Shown here in pieces: positions 1 through 7,239 of a stretch of 39,805 nt of DNA. The position numbers and the translations under genes are program-made. Each line of letters starts with the position of its first letter. Position 1 is the first letter of the stretch. Source of the DNA: a virus; UHGV virus genome UHGV-0085625; one strand, 5' to 3'. The notes under the pieces were generated by a model, which saw only the letters and a list, made by a program, of their open reading frames with translations, was not told the origin of the DNA and did not search any database.

Positions 1-99
1 ATCATAATACAACAGCCGCCCTCCTCCCTGAGCTTCCAAGATATCAGAACTGTATGGTGGGATTCCTTGCTGCTTTGCCGTTTCTGAGAGCTTGGTATT
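1..99. repeat. Left terminal inverted repeat. It is the reverse complement of 39707..39805 (99 bp, single mismatch at position 56).
   Basis: Direct comparison of the window ends. Identity is exact over 55 bp, then one mismatch, then 43 more bp. It stops at position 99, 87 bp upstream of the XkdW-like gene. Confidence 0.9.
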
Positions 100-185
100 G
101 CGCACAATATGTAAGAAAATTCCGGGCCTGAAAGGGCCTTTTATAATACATAAAAATACAAATTATTAGAAAGGAAGGATGCCAA

Positions 186-473
186 ATGGAAAAAATCAAA
201 ATCCATGATACTGAATATGAAATCATCAGTATTATGCCGGTAGCCACAAACGTGCTGCAGATTGAATTTGTAGACACGGTTCCGGAAAAATGGGGAGATA
301 TCACCACATATACAGTTGGTGGGATGGAAGCCGGCTGCATCAGTGGATATGACACACTGTATCGTGCAGATGGTCAGATGATCTACCTGAGTAATGATGG
401 CAGTGTGTATGAGCCGCCAGAAGAGCAGGAGCTGATCAATAGGCCGATGCTGATCGAGGAGGCGGAAGGATAA
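186..473 (+). CDS. Small phage protein, XkdW-like by position (between tail fiber and lysis genes).
   Basis: 95-aa ORF with an AGGAAGG RBS. Its position matches PBSX gene order downstream of the tail fiber. Confidence 0.4.
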   Translation: MEKIKIHDTEYEIISIMPVATNVLQIEFVDTVPEKWGDITTYTVGGMEAGCISGYDTLYRADGQMIYLSNDGSVYEPPEEQELINRPMLIEEAEG

Positions 474-763
474 TGGAATACATACAGACGATCCTTGCGA
501 TTTGCGGAGGAATAAGTATCATAGGAGGAGCTGGTGCGGTTATCGTTAAGGTAATCAAGCCGGCTTTTCGCCTGACTGCGAGGGTGCAGAAATTAGAGGA
601 GCATTCAGACAAGGATTACAAAAGACTTGTCGCATTGGAGACTATGCAAAAACAGCAGTCTAAGAGTCTTGCAGCTCTGCTCAATCATCAGATCACTGGT
701 AATGGGATAGACACGATGAAGCAGATTCGAGACGAGCTGTTGGAATCTATTATAGACCAGTAG
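473..763 (+). CDS. Small membrane protein with a coiled coil (XkdX/XhlA-like, lysis-associated).
   Basis: N-terminal hydrophobic helix then a coiled-coil segment. ATGA start/stop overlap with the upstream gene. Sits immediately upstream of the holin. Confidence 0.4.
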   Translation: MEYIQTILAICGGISIIGGAGAVIVKVIKPAFRLTARVQKLEEHSDKDYKRLVALETMQKQQSKSLAALLNHQITGNGIDTMKQIRDELLESIIDQ

Positions 764-780
764 AAAGGAGGTGAGGAGCT

Positions 781-1011
781 ATGCTTAAAAACTGTGTATT
801 CCGAGCTGATGTGGATACCCGTCAGTGGATCCATGCGGCAGGCAGGAGAGCCATCAAGACCATGGCGCAGACATTTGTCGCAACCATCGGATCGGCAGCA
901 GTCATGGGAGAGGTCAACTGGCCTATGGTAGCCAGCGCATCCGTGTTGTCTGGCATCCTGTCGGTGGCAACGTCCATCGCAGGACTTCCGGAGCTGCCAG
1001 CCAAGACCTGA
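781..1011 (+). CDS. Holin.
   Basis: 76 aa with two hydrophobic helices and a GGAGGTGAG RBS. Located upstream of the endolysin. Confidence 0.6.
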   Translation: MLKNCVFRADVDTRQWIHAAGRRAIKTMAQTFVATIGSAAVMGEVNWPMVASASVLSGILSVATSIAGLPELPAKT

Positions 1012-1104
1012 GAGGAGGTGATCCGTAGGTCTCCCGATCCGGTCAGGGTCAGAGCCGGAAGGAACTACTATACAGCATTTAGAAGAAAGAGAGGATAAGA
1101 AACT

Positions 1105-1308
1105 ATGGCAAATTTAACAGGAAAACATCAGGACAAAATTCCAGGGATGGGAGGATACGTAAATGCAGGCCCAGATCTGCAACCCAAACAGCCGACACCG
1201 TATTTATACGATGCTCCGTGTGATGTACCGCATCCGGACAAGCATCAGAGTGGCGTTGGTGGTCCGTCTGATCGCAATAACAACGGTGTGGACGACAGCG
1301 GGGAGTAA
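1105..1308 (+). CDS. Hypothetical Pro/Gly/Asp-rich small protein.
   Basis: ORF with an AGAGAGGA RBS. Low-complexity composition, so the coding status is uncertain. Confidence 0.25.
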   Translation: MANLTGKHQDKIPGMGGYVNAGPDLQPKQPTPYLYDAPCDVPHPDKHQSGVGGPSDRNNNGVDDSGE

Positions 1309-1443
1309 AGCTGTGCGACGTCGCAACGTAGATAGGCCCCGGGATGCTCCTGAGGCCTATATTTTGATTGCGGCATAACTGCTGCTGTGCTATAATGCTG
1401 ATGTTACCGCCCCTATACTGGGAACAGAGAGGGGGTGTACAAC

Positions 1444-1530
1444 ATGGATCATGTTCTATCTTTTATTGTCGCTGTTGCGGCTGGTGTAGCCTGCCACTAC
1501 ATCATCAAATGGTTGGACAGCGATAAGTAA
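1444..1530 (+). CDS. Type I toxin-like 28-aa hydrophobic peptide (Fst/Ldr-like): MDHVLSFIVAVAAGVACHYIIKWLDSDK.
   Basis: Strong RBS (AGAGGGGGTG). Upstream TGcTATAAT extended -10 at 1388..1396. Single transmembrane helix with a charged C-terminus. Followed by a bidirectional terminator. Paralogous to the peptide at 2764..2847. Confidence 0.6.
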   Translation: MDHVLSFIVAVAAGVACHYIIKWLDSDK

Positions 1531-1582
1531 TCGGTAACCAGCCTGCGGGGTTAAGCCTTCCCGTAAAAAATAGGAATAGAAA

Positions 1583-1618
1583 ACCCGAAGGTGTACCAGA
1601 CCTCCGGGTTTTCGTTTG
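1583..1618. terminator. Bidirectional rho-independent terminator shared by the toxin mRNA and the convergent sRNA.
   Basis: 9-bp stem ACCCGAAGG/CCTCCGGGT with one mismatch, flanked by an A-run upstream and a T-run downstream. Confidence 0.6.
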
Positions 1619-1652
1619 TTGTCCAACATGGACTTGTTCTATCTTTTTGCCT
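1583..1652 (-). ncRNA. Predicted antitoxin sRNA for the type I TA locus 1 (RNAII-like).
   Basis: Minus-strand promoter TTGCAA(1687..1682)-N17-TATAAT(1664..1659). The transcript would contain the reverse complement of 1624..1648, which is a near copy of the toxin translation-initiation region 1440..1466. It would end at the shared terminator. Confidence 0.45.
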
Positions 1653-1748
1653 ACTGGCATTATAGCATATGCAGATTTTAATTGCAAGATACCTAAAAGT
1701 GGTTTTGTCCGGTTTTGTACCGGGCATTTTTTATTTGGAGAAAATACT

Positions 1749-2615
1749 ATGGAAAATACAGTAAAGAAACTGATCGACCAGGCCGCCCACTGGATTGGAT
1801 ATCTGGAAAAGAAAAGCAACGCCCATCTGGATGATTTTACCGTTAACGCCGGAAGTGGAAACTATACCTGCTTTGCAAGAGATTACAAGGAGCACACAGG
1901 ACAGAACCTGCAGGCCCAGCCATGGTGCGCTATGTTTGTATCAGAGGTATTTGCACAGACATTCGGATTGGAGACCGCCAAAAAGCTGTTGGGCGGCAAT
2001 CTGTACCATTATTGTCCGACAGGAGCCAATCAGTTTAAGAGGGCGGGCCGCTGGAGTTGGATTCCGGAGCCTGGAGCAGTGATCTTCTTCACCAACGGCC
2101 AGAGGGCTTATCACACAGGGATTGTGATCGAGGTAACATCCACCCGGGTCAAGACTATTGAGGGCAATACCTCAGGAGCTTCCGGCGTGATCGAAAACGG
2201 CGGCGGAGTGTGTCAGAAGTCCTACAGCAAGTCTTATGGGAAAATTCTGGGGTATGGTCTGCCGGACTGGTCTTTAGTATCAATGGAAGAGCAGGAAAAG
2301 AAATCCGGCTGGCAGCAGGAAGATGGTGGCTGGAGGTATTATCTTGGCAATGGTCAGCCGGTTCGAAATGACTGGTACTGGCATGAGGACAAGTGGTACT
2401 GGTTTGACGGCGCCGGCATGATGGTGTTCAATGTCTGGTATAAGTACAAGGATCATTGGTACTATCTGGGCGCTGACGGCGCCATGGTAACAGGCCAGCA
2501 GACCATCGACGGCAAGTGGTATATCATGGACGATCAGGGCCGGATGGTTGTGGAGCCGGTGACGCTTACTCCAGATCAGGATGGAGCGCTACAGTGGCCG
2601 GGACTGGCGGAGTAG
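1749..2615 (+). CDS. Endolysin: CHAP-domain peptidase/amidase plus C-terminal CW_binding_1 (choline-binding-like) repeats.
   Basis: Conserved Cys (QPWCAMF) and His (YHTGIVIEV) of a CHAP domain. Tandem GW/YY aromatic repeats follow. Start ATG 1749 with a GGAG RBS. The longer six-frame ORF starting at 1647 uses a TTG inside the TA repeat and is rejected. Confidence 0.85.
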   Translation: MENTVKKLIDQAAHWIGYLEKKSNAHLDDFTVNAGSGNYTCFARDYKEHTGQNLQAQPWCAMFVSEVFAQTFGLETAKKLLGGNLYHYCPTGANQFKRAGRWSWIPEPGAVIFFTNGQRAYHTGIVIEVTSTRVKTIEGNTSGASGVIENGGGVCQKSYSKSYGKILGYGLPDWSLVSMEEQEKKSGWQQEDGGWRYYLGNGQPVRNDWYWHEDKWYWFDGAGMMVFNVWYKYKDHWYYLGADGAMVTGQQTIDGKWYIMDDQGRMVVEPVTLTPDQDGALQWPGLAE

Positions 2616-2642
2616 AGAGTATACAAAGAAAGTATGATGTTC

Positions 2643-2680
2643 ACCCTCTGTTGAGAAAACAGCGGAGGGATTTTTTATTT
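2643..2680 (+). terminator. Rho-independent terminator after the endolysin gene.
   Basis: CCCTC...GAGGG stem followed by TTTTTT. Confidence 0.5.
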
Positions 2681-2763
2681 GCCAAAAAGTGGTGGAAAGC
2701 CGCATGATGCTGTGGTATTATAAATGTGCTGCCGTACCTCCAGCAGAAGGGAGGTGATTCTAC

Positions 2764-2847
2764 ATGAACGATAATATTTCAGCATTTATTATCTCTGTCG
2801 CAGCAAGTGTGGTTGGCTACTACATATGCAAATGGCTGGATAGATGA
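2764..2847 (+). CDS. Type I toxin-like 27-aa peptide, paralog of 1444..1530: MNDNISAFIISVAASVVGYYICKWLDR.
   Basis: GGGAGGTGA RBS. TGgTATTAT extended -10 upstream. Same hydrophobic-plus-KWLD architecture. Followed by a bidirectional terminator. Confidence 0.6.
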   Translation: MNDNISAFIISVAASVVGYYICKWLDR

Positions 2848-2898
2848 TGAACAGGCGGCAACAGCCTAAACGGATTGGCTCTCCGTAAAGAGCAAGAA

Positions 2899-2935
2899 AA
2901 ACCCCAGAGATGGCACCTCCGGGGTTTTTCGTTTT
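2899..2935. terminator. Bidirectional terminator of TA locus 2.
   Basis: CCCCAGAG/CTCCGGGG stem with one mismatch, A-run and T-run flanks. Confidence 0.6.
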
Positions 2936-2972
2936 GTTCTACATGAACTCTTTCAGCATTTATTTGGCTAAG
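2899..2972 (-). ncRNA. Predicted antitoxin sRNA for TA locus 2.
   Basis: Minus-strand promoter TTGACT(3004..2999)-N16-TATTAT(2982..2977). The transcript would contain the complement of 2935..2964, a near copy of the toxin translation-initiation region 2755..2789. Confidence 0.45.
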
Positions 2973-3360
2973 ATTATAATATGCCACTTCCGAGGAAAAG
3001 TCAACCGTTTCTTTTTGACCTGTGGAAAATCATAAAAGATAAAAAGGTAGGCAGTGTCAACCATTTGTCTACCTTGAGCAGATTCGTCTATAATATATAT
3101 GATGATACTATAGGTTTACAGATTTTCGGAAATGTAGATATATATTAGTAAATAAAGGGCTGTAGATGATTCTATAGCATACATAAATCATGCAAAATGT
3201 TACAGCTAAGCTTGGGTAATAACCCAATGGTTGGCGCTACTGTAGCTGTAGCTGTTTCGATTGAAGAAGCTGCAAAAGAAGGCAGATTCTAAGAAATCCA
3301 GTAAAATCAAGGATTTAAGCAGTACGGAAAAGTATACAAAAGTAGGAAAATGCACATAAC

Positions 3361-3410
3361 TTGTTTACTACTTGTTTATTATTTGATTACCGTATTTGTT
3401 TACCGTCAGG
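3361..3410. promoter_or_regulatory. Putative attP arm-type repeats (TTGTTTAC/TTGTTTAT x3), immediately 3' of int.
   Basis: Three direct repeats of TTGTTTA(C/T) sit between the int stop and the AT-rich region 3000..3360. Which part is the core attP cannot be told from this window alone. Confidence 0.3.
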
Positions 3411-3443
3411 TAGGGCTGAAAATTGGCCCTACCTGATTTTTTC
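3407..3443 (+). terminator. Plus-strand rho-independent terminator overlapping the int 3' end.
   Basis: 10-bp perfect stem CAGGTAGGGC/GCCCTACCTG followed by TTTTTT. It would block read-through from the lysis/TA region into antisense int. Confidence 0.6.
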
Positions 3444-4679
3444 AAGATCTGATCGCAGCCATTCCAGATCCCGGAGGGTGTAAACGGATTCTGTGATATC
3501 CTGGATTTTATGCCCCACCATCTCCTTTAACGCATATTCATCAACTTCGGCTTTCTTTGCCCTGGTGACGAAGGTATTTCGGGGATCATGAGGGCGGTGC
3601 TCTGGATTGAGATTAAGCGCTGCCATCACAGCCTTGAAACGATAGCTGTATTTATCATAGGTAATTTTATAAGAGCCGGCATGGGTTTGCCCCTTATCAT
3701 TAAAGAGGTATGGGCTTCCCAGAGACATGGCAATATCATAATTCTGTTTTACCAAGTCTCGGATTCTGGTATGGATTGGGACAATACGCTGCTTACCAGC
3801 ATCCGTTTTTATTCCGGCCTGCATATACCATTCTTCGAGATTGATCTCATCCAAACGGAGCAGGGCAAGTTCCTGAGGTCTCCATCCCATATAACATTGA
3901 ATCAGGATCCAGTCTATGTATTTCACTTTCCCGACATTTTCCCATAGGATGTTAAGCTCATTGTCTGAGAAGGGGATGTGGCTTCGCTTCGACGCTTCTT
4001 TTTCTTTCATAATGTCTTCCGATATATCAAATGTTCTGGCATAGTTCACGGTCACAATTTCATATTCCAGTGCATAGTCATACATCAAATTAAAGAGAGA
4101 TTTTATCCGTGCCTTTGTACCGGCGCTGGGAAATACCTTCTCACCTTTCTTTTTTCCGCGTGTTTCGATGCGGTATCCTTCGTCCATAACTCCCTTTATA
4201 TGCCTTGCCCGTACATCTTTTGCCCGCATCCGGTAGATGCTGGAACAGTAGGCCCAGGCGGATGTGATCGTACGAGCATAGCTTTCATCACAGGTGCTCA
4301 GGTAGGTATCGGTCCATTTTTCATAGAGTTCTTCAACGAGAATATCATCTTTAAGATCGTAAGGATTGCGGTTATAATCTATCAGGGCCTGATAAGCTTC
4401 GTTGTAAGTTGGAAAATAAGCTTTGGGCTTCAGCGGTTTCAGTATGGGTTTATTGAATTCTGTTTTTCCAACGCAGACTCGAGTCCAAAAGGGATTGCGC
4501 AGATTTTTGCCTTTTATTTCTGTGATGCTTCCGAAACCATTAGGCAGCCGTTTTCGTCTGGCACGTTTTTTATAATTGTTCTGGATAACCGTTCGATTCA
4601 ACGGATAACCGCAATGGGGGCAGGCCAGGGCCTTGTCACTGACTTGTAGCTGACATTCCGGACATTGAATCAGTGCCAT
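3429..4679 (-). CDS. int: Phage integrase (tyrosine recombinase) with an N-terminal zinc ribbon.
   Basis: CPECQ..CPHCG zinc ribbon. C-terminal catalytic residues HRPHDPRNTF..R and GHKIQDITESVYT (the R-H-R-Y set). AAGGAGG RBS. Confidence 0.9.
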   Translation of the reverse strand: MALIQCPECQLQVSDKALACPHCGYPLNRTVIQNNYKKRARRKRLPNGFGSITEIKGKNLRNPFWTRVCVGKTEFNKPILKPLKPKAYFPTYNEAYQALIDYNRNPYDLKDDILVEELYEKWTDTYLSTCDESYARTITSAWAYCSSIYRMRAKDVRARHIKGVMDEGYRIETRGKKKGEKVFPSAGTKARIKSLFNLMYDYALEYEIVTVNYARTFDISEDIMKEKEASKRSHIPFSDNELNILWENVGKVKYIDWILIQCYMGWRPQELALLRLDEINLEEWYMQAGIKTDAGKQRIVPIHTRIRDLVKQNYDIAMSLGSPYLFNDKGQTHAGSYKITYDKYSYRFKAVMAALNLNPEHRPHDPRNTFVTRAKKAEVDEYALKEMVGHKIQDITESVYTLRDLEWLRSDLEKIR

Positions 4680-4859
4680 AATTATTCCTCCTTATTGTTG
4701 CGACGTCGCACATTTTTGGGTATAAAAAATACACCTGTACAGGTGTAAGGAGGTATGGTACAATATGGGTGTTGAGATCATATTGTATTTGGCCTCCGTG
4801 GCCTGTACAGAATTTATCTAAAAGCCGTTCCTGTTGGCGCAGGGGCGGTTTTTGCGTTA

Positions 4860-6131
4860 TTAAGCAGACTGTTCCTGTTTTAAAATTTCAAGAGTTTCAT
4901 TATATTCTTTAGCCACTGGAATTCGTGTGAATTTGACTGTATTATTAAAATTTTCTTTAACTACCTTTTCTATATCATCCAAAGATACTTTAAAAAATTC
5001 TTTTCTTAAATTTACTCGATTTACACTTTGTTTTTCAAAAGCTTGATGTAAAGCTGTTTCAAGAGCAGGGGCATCGTCCGAGAATATCATGGCGTGTACA
5101 TCAAATTCAAAGGGGACAGAAGCACTTCCAAGTTCTTTTATACGATCCATAGGCTCTAGGCGACGTGTCATTCCTATTTTATATACATCCTGACCAAAAG
5201 AGCCAAGATTAGAAATAATATAGACATAACCTGCACGAGCATTGGCCTCACGTTCCAGAACGGTTGCTTTGTCAGCTTCTAATTGTTTTAACTTATCATT
5301 TAATTCTTTGATTTTATCGATGTATAATTGTTTTTCCACATCATCTTGGGTTTTTTGCATATACTGTATAAGACGATTGATTTCATTGGAACATTGGGTC
5401 TGGTCTTTTTCGAGTTTGGCCTTTTGACGTTCTATTTCTCTTCGAACCTTCTCTTCCTCTATCATTTGCTCTTTGATAGCCTTTTGCTGTTCGCGTTCCT
5501 GCTCTTTTTTTAATTCATATGTGTAAACAAGATTCAGTTCATCTAATTTATATTGTAGGAGTTTCTGATTCAGTTGTACATTATCAACGTCAAATAATTT
5601 ATTGAGAGTTTCAAAGGATTTTGTTATTTTGTTTCTTGCAGAATCAATGGTTTTAATGGAAAGATTTAATAAAACATTATCGCATTCAGCATTAAAGCAG
5701 CGCAGTATCTGTTTGGTATTGGCATTTAACATTTTTTTAGGAGAATTTCCGTATGTCTTTATAAAATTGGAATTTTTGATATAATTTTGCTCCTCCAATT
5801 TTAGAACAGCTAAATTATTTTTGCATTCTTCAGATGAAATCCCATCATAATCAGTAAAACAATAATGCTGGCACAAAACATCACCTTCTAAGACATTGAT
5901 TGCATCACATAGATTATTGTAGTCTGTTTTTTTATTATCAATTTCCTTTTCAAGATTAGTGATTTTATTATTTAAGGAATCGATATCCCCATATTTTTTT
6001 TCCAGTTTATTATTTTCAATCATTTGTAATGTGAGCAATACTATTCCTACAATAATAGAAATAATAGAGGGCCAAAACATAAATAGAATACAAATAAACC
6101 ATGTTTGAAGATACCACTTTCTTTTTTTCAT
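4860..6131 (-). CDS. Membrane-anchored coiled-coil protein with C-terminal DUF4041 and T5orf172 (GIY-YIG-like) domains. Candidate defense or superinfection-exclusion moron.
   Basis: N-terminal transmembrane helix, a long KE-rich coiled coil, and a C-terminal GYVYIISN...YKIGMTRR...PFEFD...LHQAF motif typical of T5orf172. AT-rich gene lying between int and the immA/immR pair. Confidence 0.7.
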   Translation of the reverse strand: MKKRKWYLQTWFICILFMFWPSIISIIVGIVLLTLQMIENNKLEKKYGDIDSLNNKITNLEKEIDNKKTDYNNLCDAINVLEGDVLCQHYCFTDYDGISSEECKNNLAVLKLEEQNYIKNSNFIKTYGNSPKKMLNANTKQILRCFNAECDNVLLNLSIKTIDSARNKITKSFETLNKLFDVDNVQLNQKLLQYKLDELNLVYTYELKKEQEREQQKAIKEQMIEEEKVRREIERQKAKLEKDQTQCSNEINRLIQYMQKTQDDVEKQLYIDKIKELNDKLKQLEADKATVLEREANARAGYVYIISNLGSFGQDVYKIGMTRRLEPMDRIKELGSASVPFEFDVHAMIFSDDAPALETALHQAFEKQSVNRVNLRKEFFKVSLDDIEKVVKENFNNTVKFTRIPVAKEYNETLEILKQEQSA

Positions 6132-6173
6132 ACCACATACCTCTTTTGCTTTTATTTATTAAAACGCCATTGG

Positions 6174-6623
6174 CTATTTTAATCTCAATTCAATCAATTC
6201 TTTTTGATAACCCAATACACGTGCTGCCTGTTCGATCGTATAGTCCTGATATCTGAAATATTCATATAGAACTTCATCGGAAATTAAAAATTCAACGGCA
6301 AATTTGTTGGCTTCCTGCTCTTTACGCGAATTAAGAAAGAGAGTTTTATGCTTTATGAAATAGCAGTTTTCACGAGGGTGAAGAATTGCATGACCTAATT
6401 CATGCGCCATGACAAATAAGCGCTCATTTCCTTCAAGATTTTCATTTATCCAGATATATTTATTACGCTTTAGATACATATAGCATCCTGATCGCGTGCC
6501 GATATCACCAATTGCAACTTCAATTCCGAGTGCTTCAGCTAAAGTAAAAGGATCGTTTGTCTGATATTTTTTTATGTAATAAGCAACTTTCTTTTTAATC
6601 GTGTTATTCAAGGCTGGACTCAC
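6174..6623 (-). CDS. immA: ImmA/IrrE-family metallopeptidase (anti-repressor protease).
   Basis: HEXXH motif (MAHELGHAILH). Immediately downstream of, and co-oriented with, the XRE repressor. Confidence 0.8.
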   Translation of the reverse strand: MSPALNNTIKKKVAYYIKKYQTNDPFTLAEALGIEVAIGDIGTRSGCYMYLKRNKYIWINENLEGNERLFVMAHELGHAILHPRENCYFIKHKTLFLNSRKEQEANKFAVEFLISDEVLYEYFRYQDYTIEQAARVLGYQKELIELRLK

Positions 6624-7049
6624 CTACTTTTTATTTTTGTTGCCATATTTTACTTTGTTCTTTACTTTTAATCTATGTAACATAAGATCCACTTGGCCTA
6701 AAAAGAGTTCGATATCATCATCAGGTATATCTTCCCCATCATACGCAGCAGGCCCTAAATCTTTATTAAGTAATTTTTCTCTTAGCGAATCAAGATCCTT
6801 TTTTATATCTCTTTCATCTCTGGCGGTTAACATAGGGGGCTTTTCTTTTATCATATCATTATTTCCAGTTGTTAGATAGTCTAATGTTACGCCAAAATAG
6901 TCAGCTATCTTTTGCAGCTTATCATTTTTAGGTTTACTTCGCCCACTTTTCCAATCAGAGAAAGTAGATTTTGTAATTCCGGTTGCTTTTACAACGTCAG
7001 AATCTTTAACACCTTTTTCATTTCGTAACTTGCAATAAATTTCGTACAT
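6624..7049 (-). CDS. immR: XRE-family HTH repressor (ImmR/CI-like).
   Basis: HTH TGITKSTFSDWKSGRS. AAGGAG RBS. Start ATG at 7049, so the six-frame ORF is trimmed. Divergent from cro. Confidence 0.8.
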   Translation of the reverse strand: MYEIYCKLRNEKGVKDSDVVKATGITKSTFSDWKSGRSKPKNDKLQKIADYFGVTLDYLTTGNNDMIKEKPPMLTARDERDIKKDLDSLREKLLNKDLGPAAYDGEDIPDDDIELFLGQVDLMLHRLKVKNKVKYGNKNKK

Positions 7050-7090
7050 AATGAACTCCTTAAAAGTTTGAAAATCCGTACAAAAAACTA

Positions 7091-7119
7091 TTGACAAGTT
7101 CTGAAATCCGTCTTATAAT
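7091..7119 (+). promoter_or_regulatory. Consensus sigma-70 promoter TTGACA-N17-TATAAT (lytic, rightward, PR-like).
   Basis: TTGACA 7091..7096, TATAAT 7114..7119. The flanking operator-like repeats AAAGTTCGGAAA(T/G) occur at 7128..7140 and 7219..7231. An inverted copy GATTTCCGAAC lies at 7196..7206. Confidence 0.75.
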
Positions 7120-7184
7120 ACAAATACAAAGTTCGGAAATCAAAACAGCCAAGTGTTGTTTGTTATTTTATGTCTGGTAAATGT

Positions 7185-7212
7185 ATTATAACTGATTTCC
7201 GAACTAAAATCA
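7185..7212 (-). promoter_or_regulatory. Leftward promoter TTGATT-N17-TATAAT for immR, face-to-face with PR.
   Basis: Read on the minus strand: TTGATT (7212..7207), 17-nt spacer, TATAAT (7190..7185). The two promoters converge with overlapping transcripts, a coliphage 186/P2-like arrangement. Confidence 0.6.
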
Positions 7213-7239
7213 ATAGAAAAGTTCGGAAAGGAGAAAAAT

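Noticed and set aside
44-355. 103-aa minus-strand ORF running into the left inverted repeat.
   Set aside because: It overlaps the well-supported plus-strand gene 186..473 and has junk-like hydrophobic composition. The repeat coding it shares with 38491..38507 is read in a different frame there. Treated as a shadow ORF.
1647-1748. N-terminal extension of the endolysin ORF starting at TTG 1647.
   Set aside because: The extension lies inside the duplicated toxin translation-initiation repeat and the antisense-sRNA promoter. ATG 1749 has a proper RBS and begins the CHAP domain.
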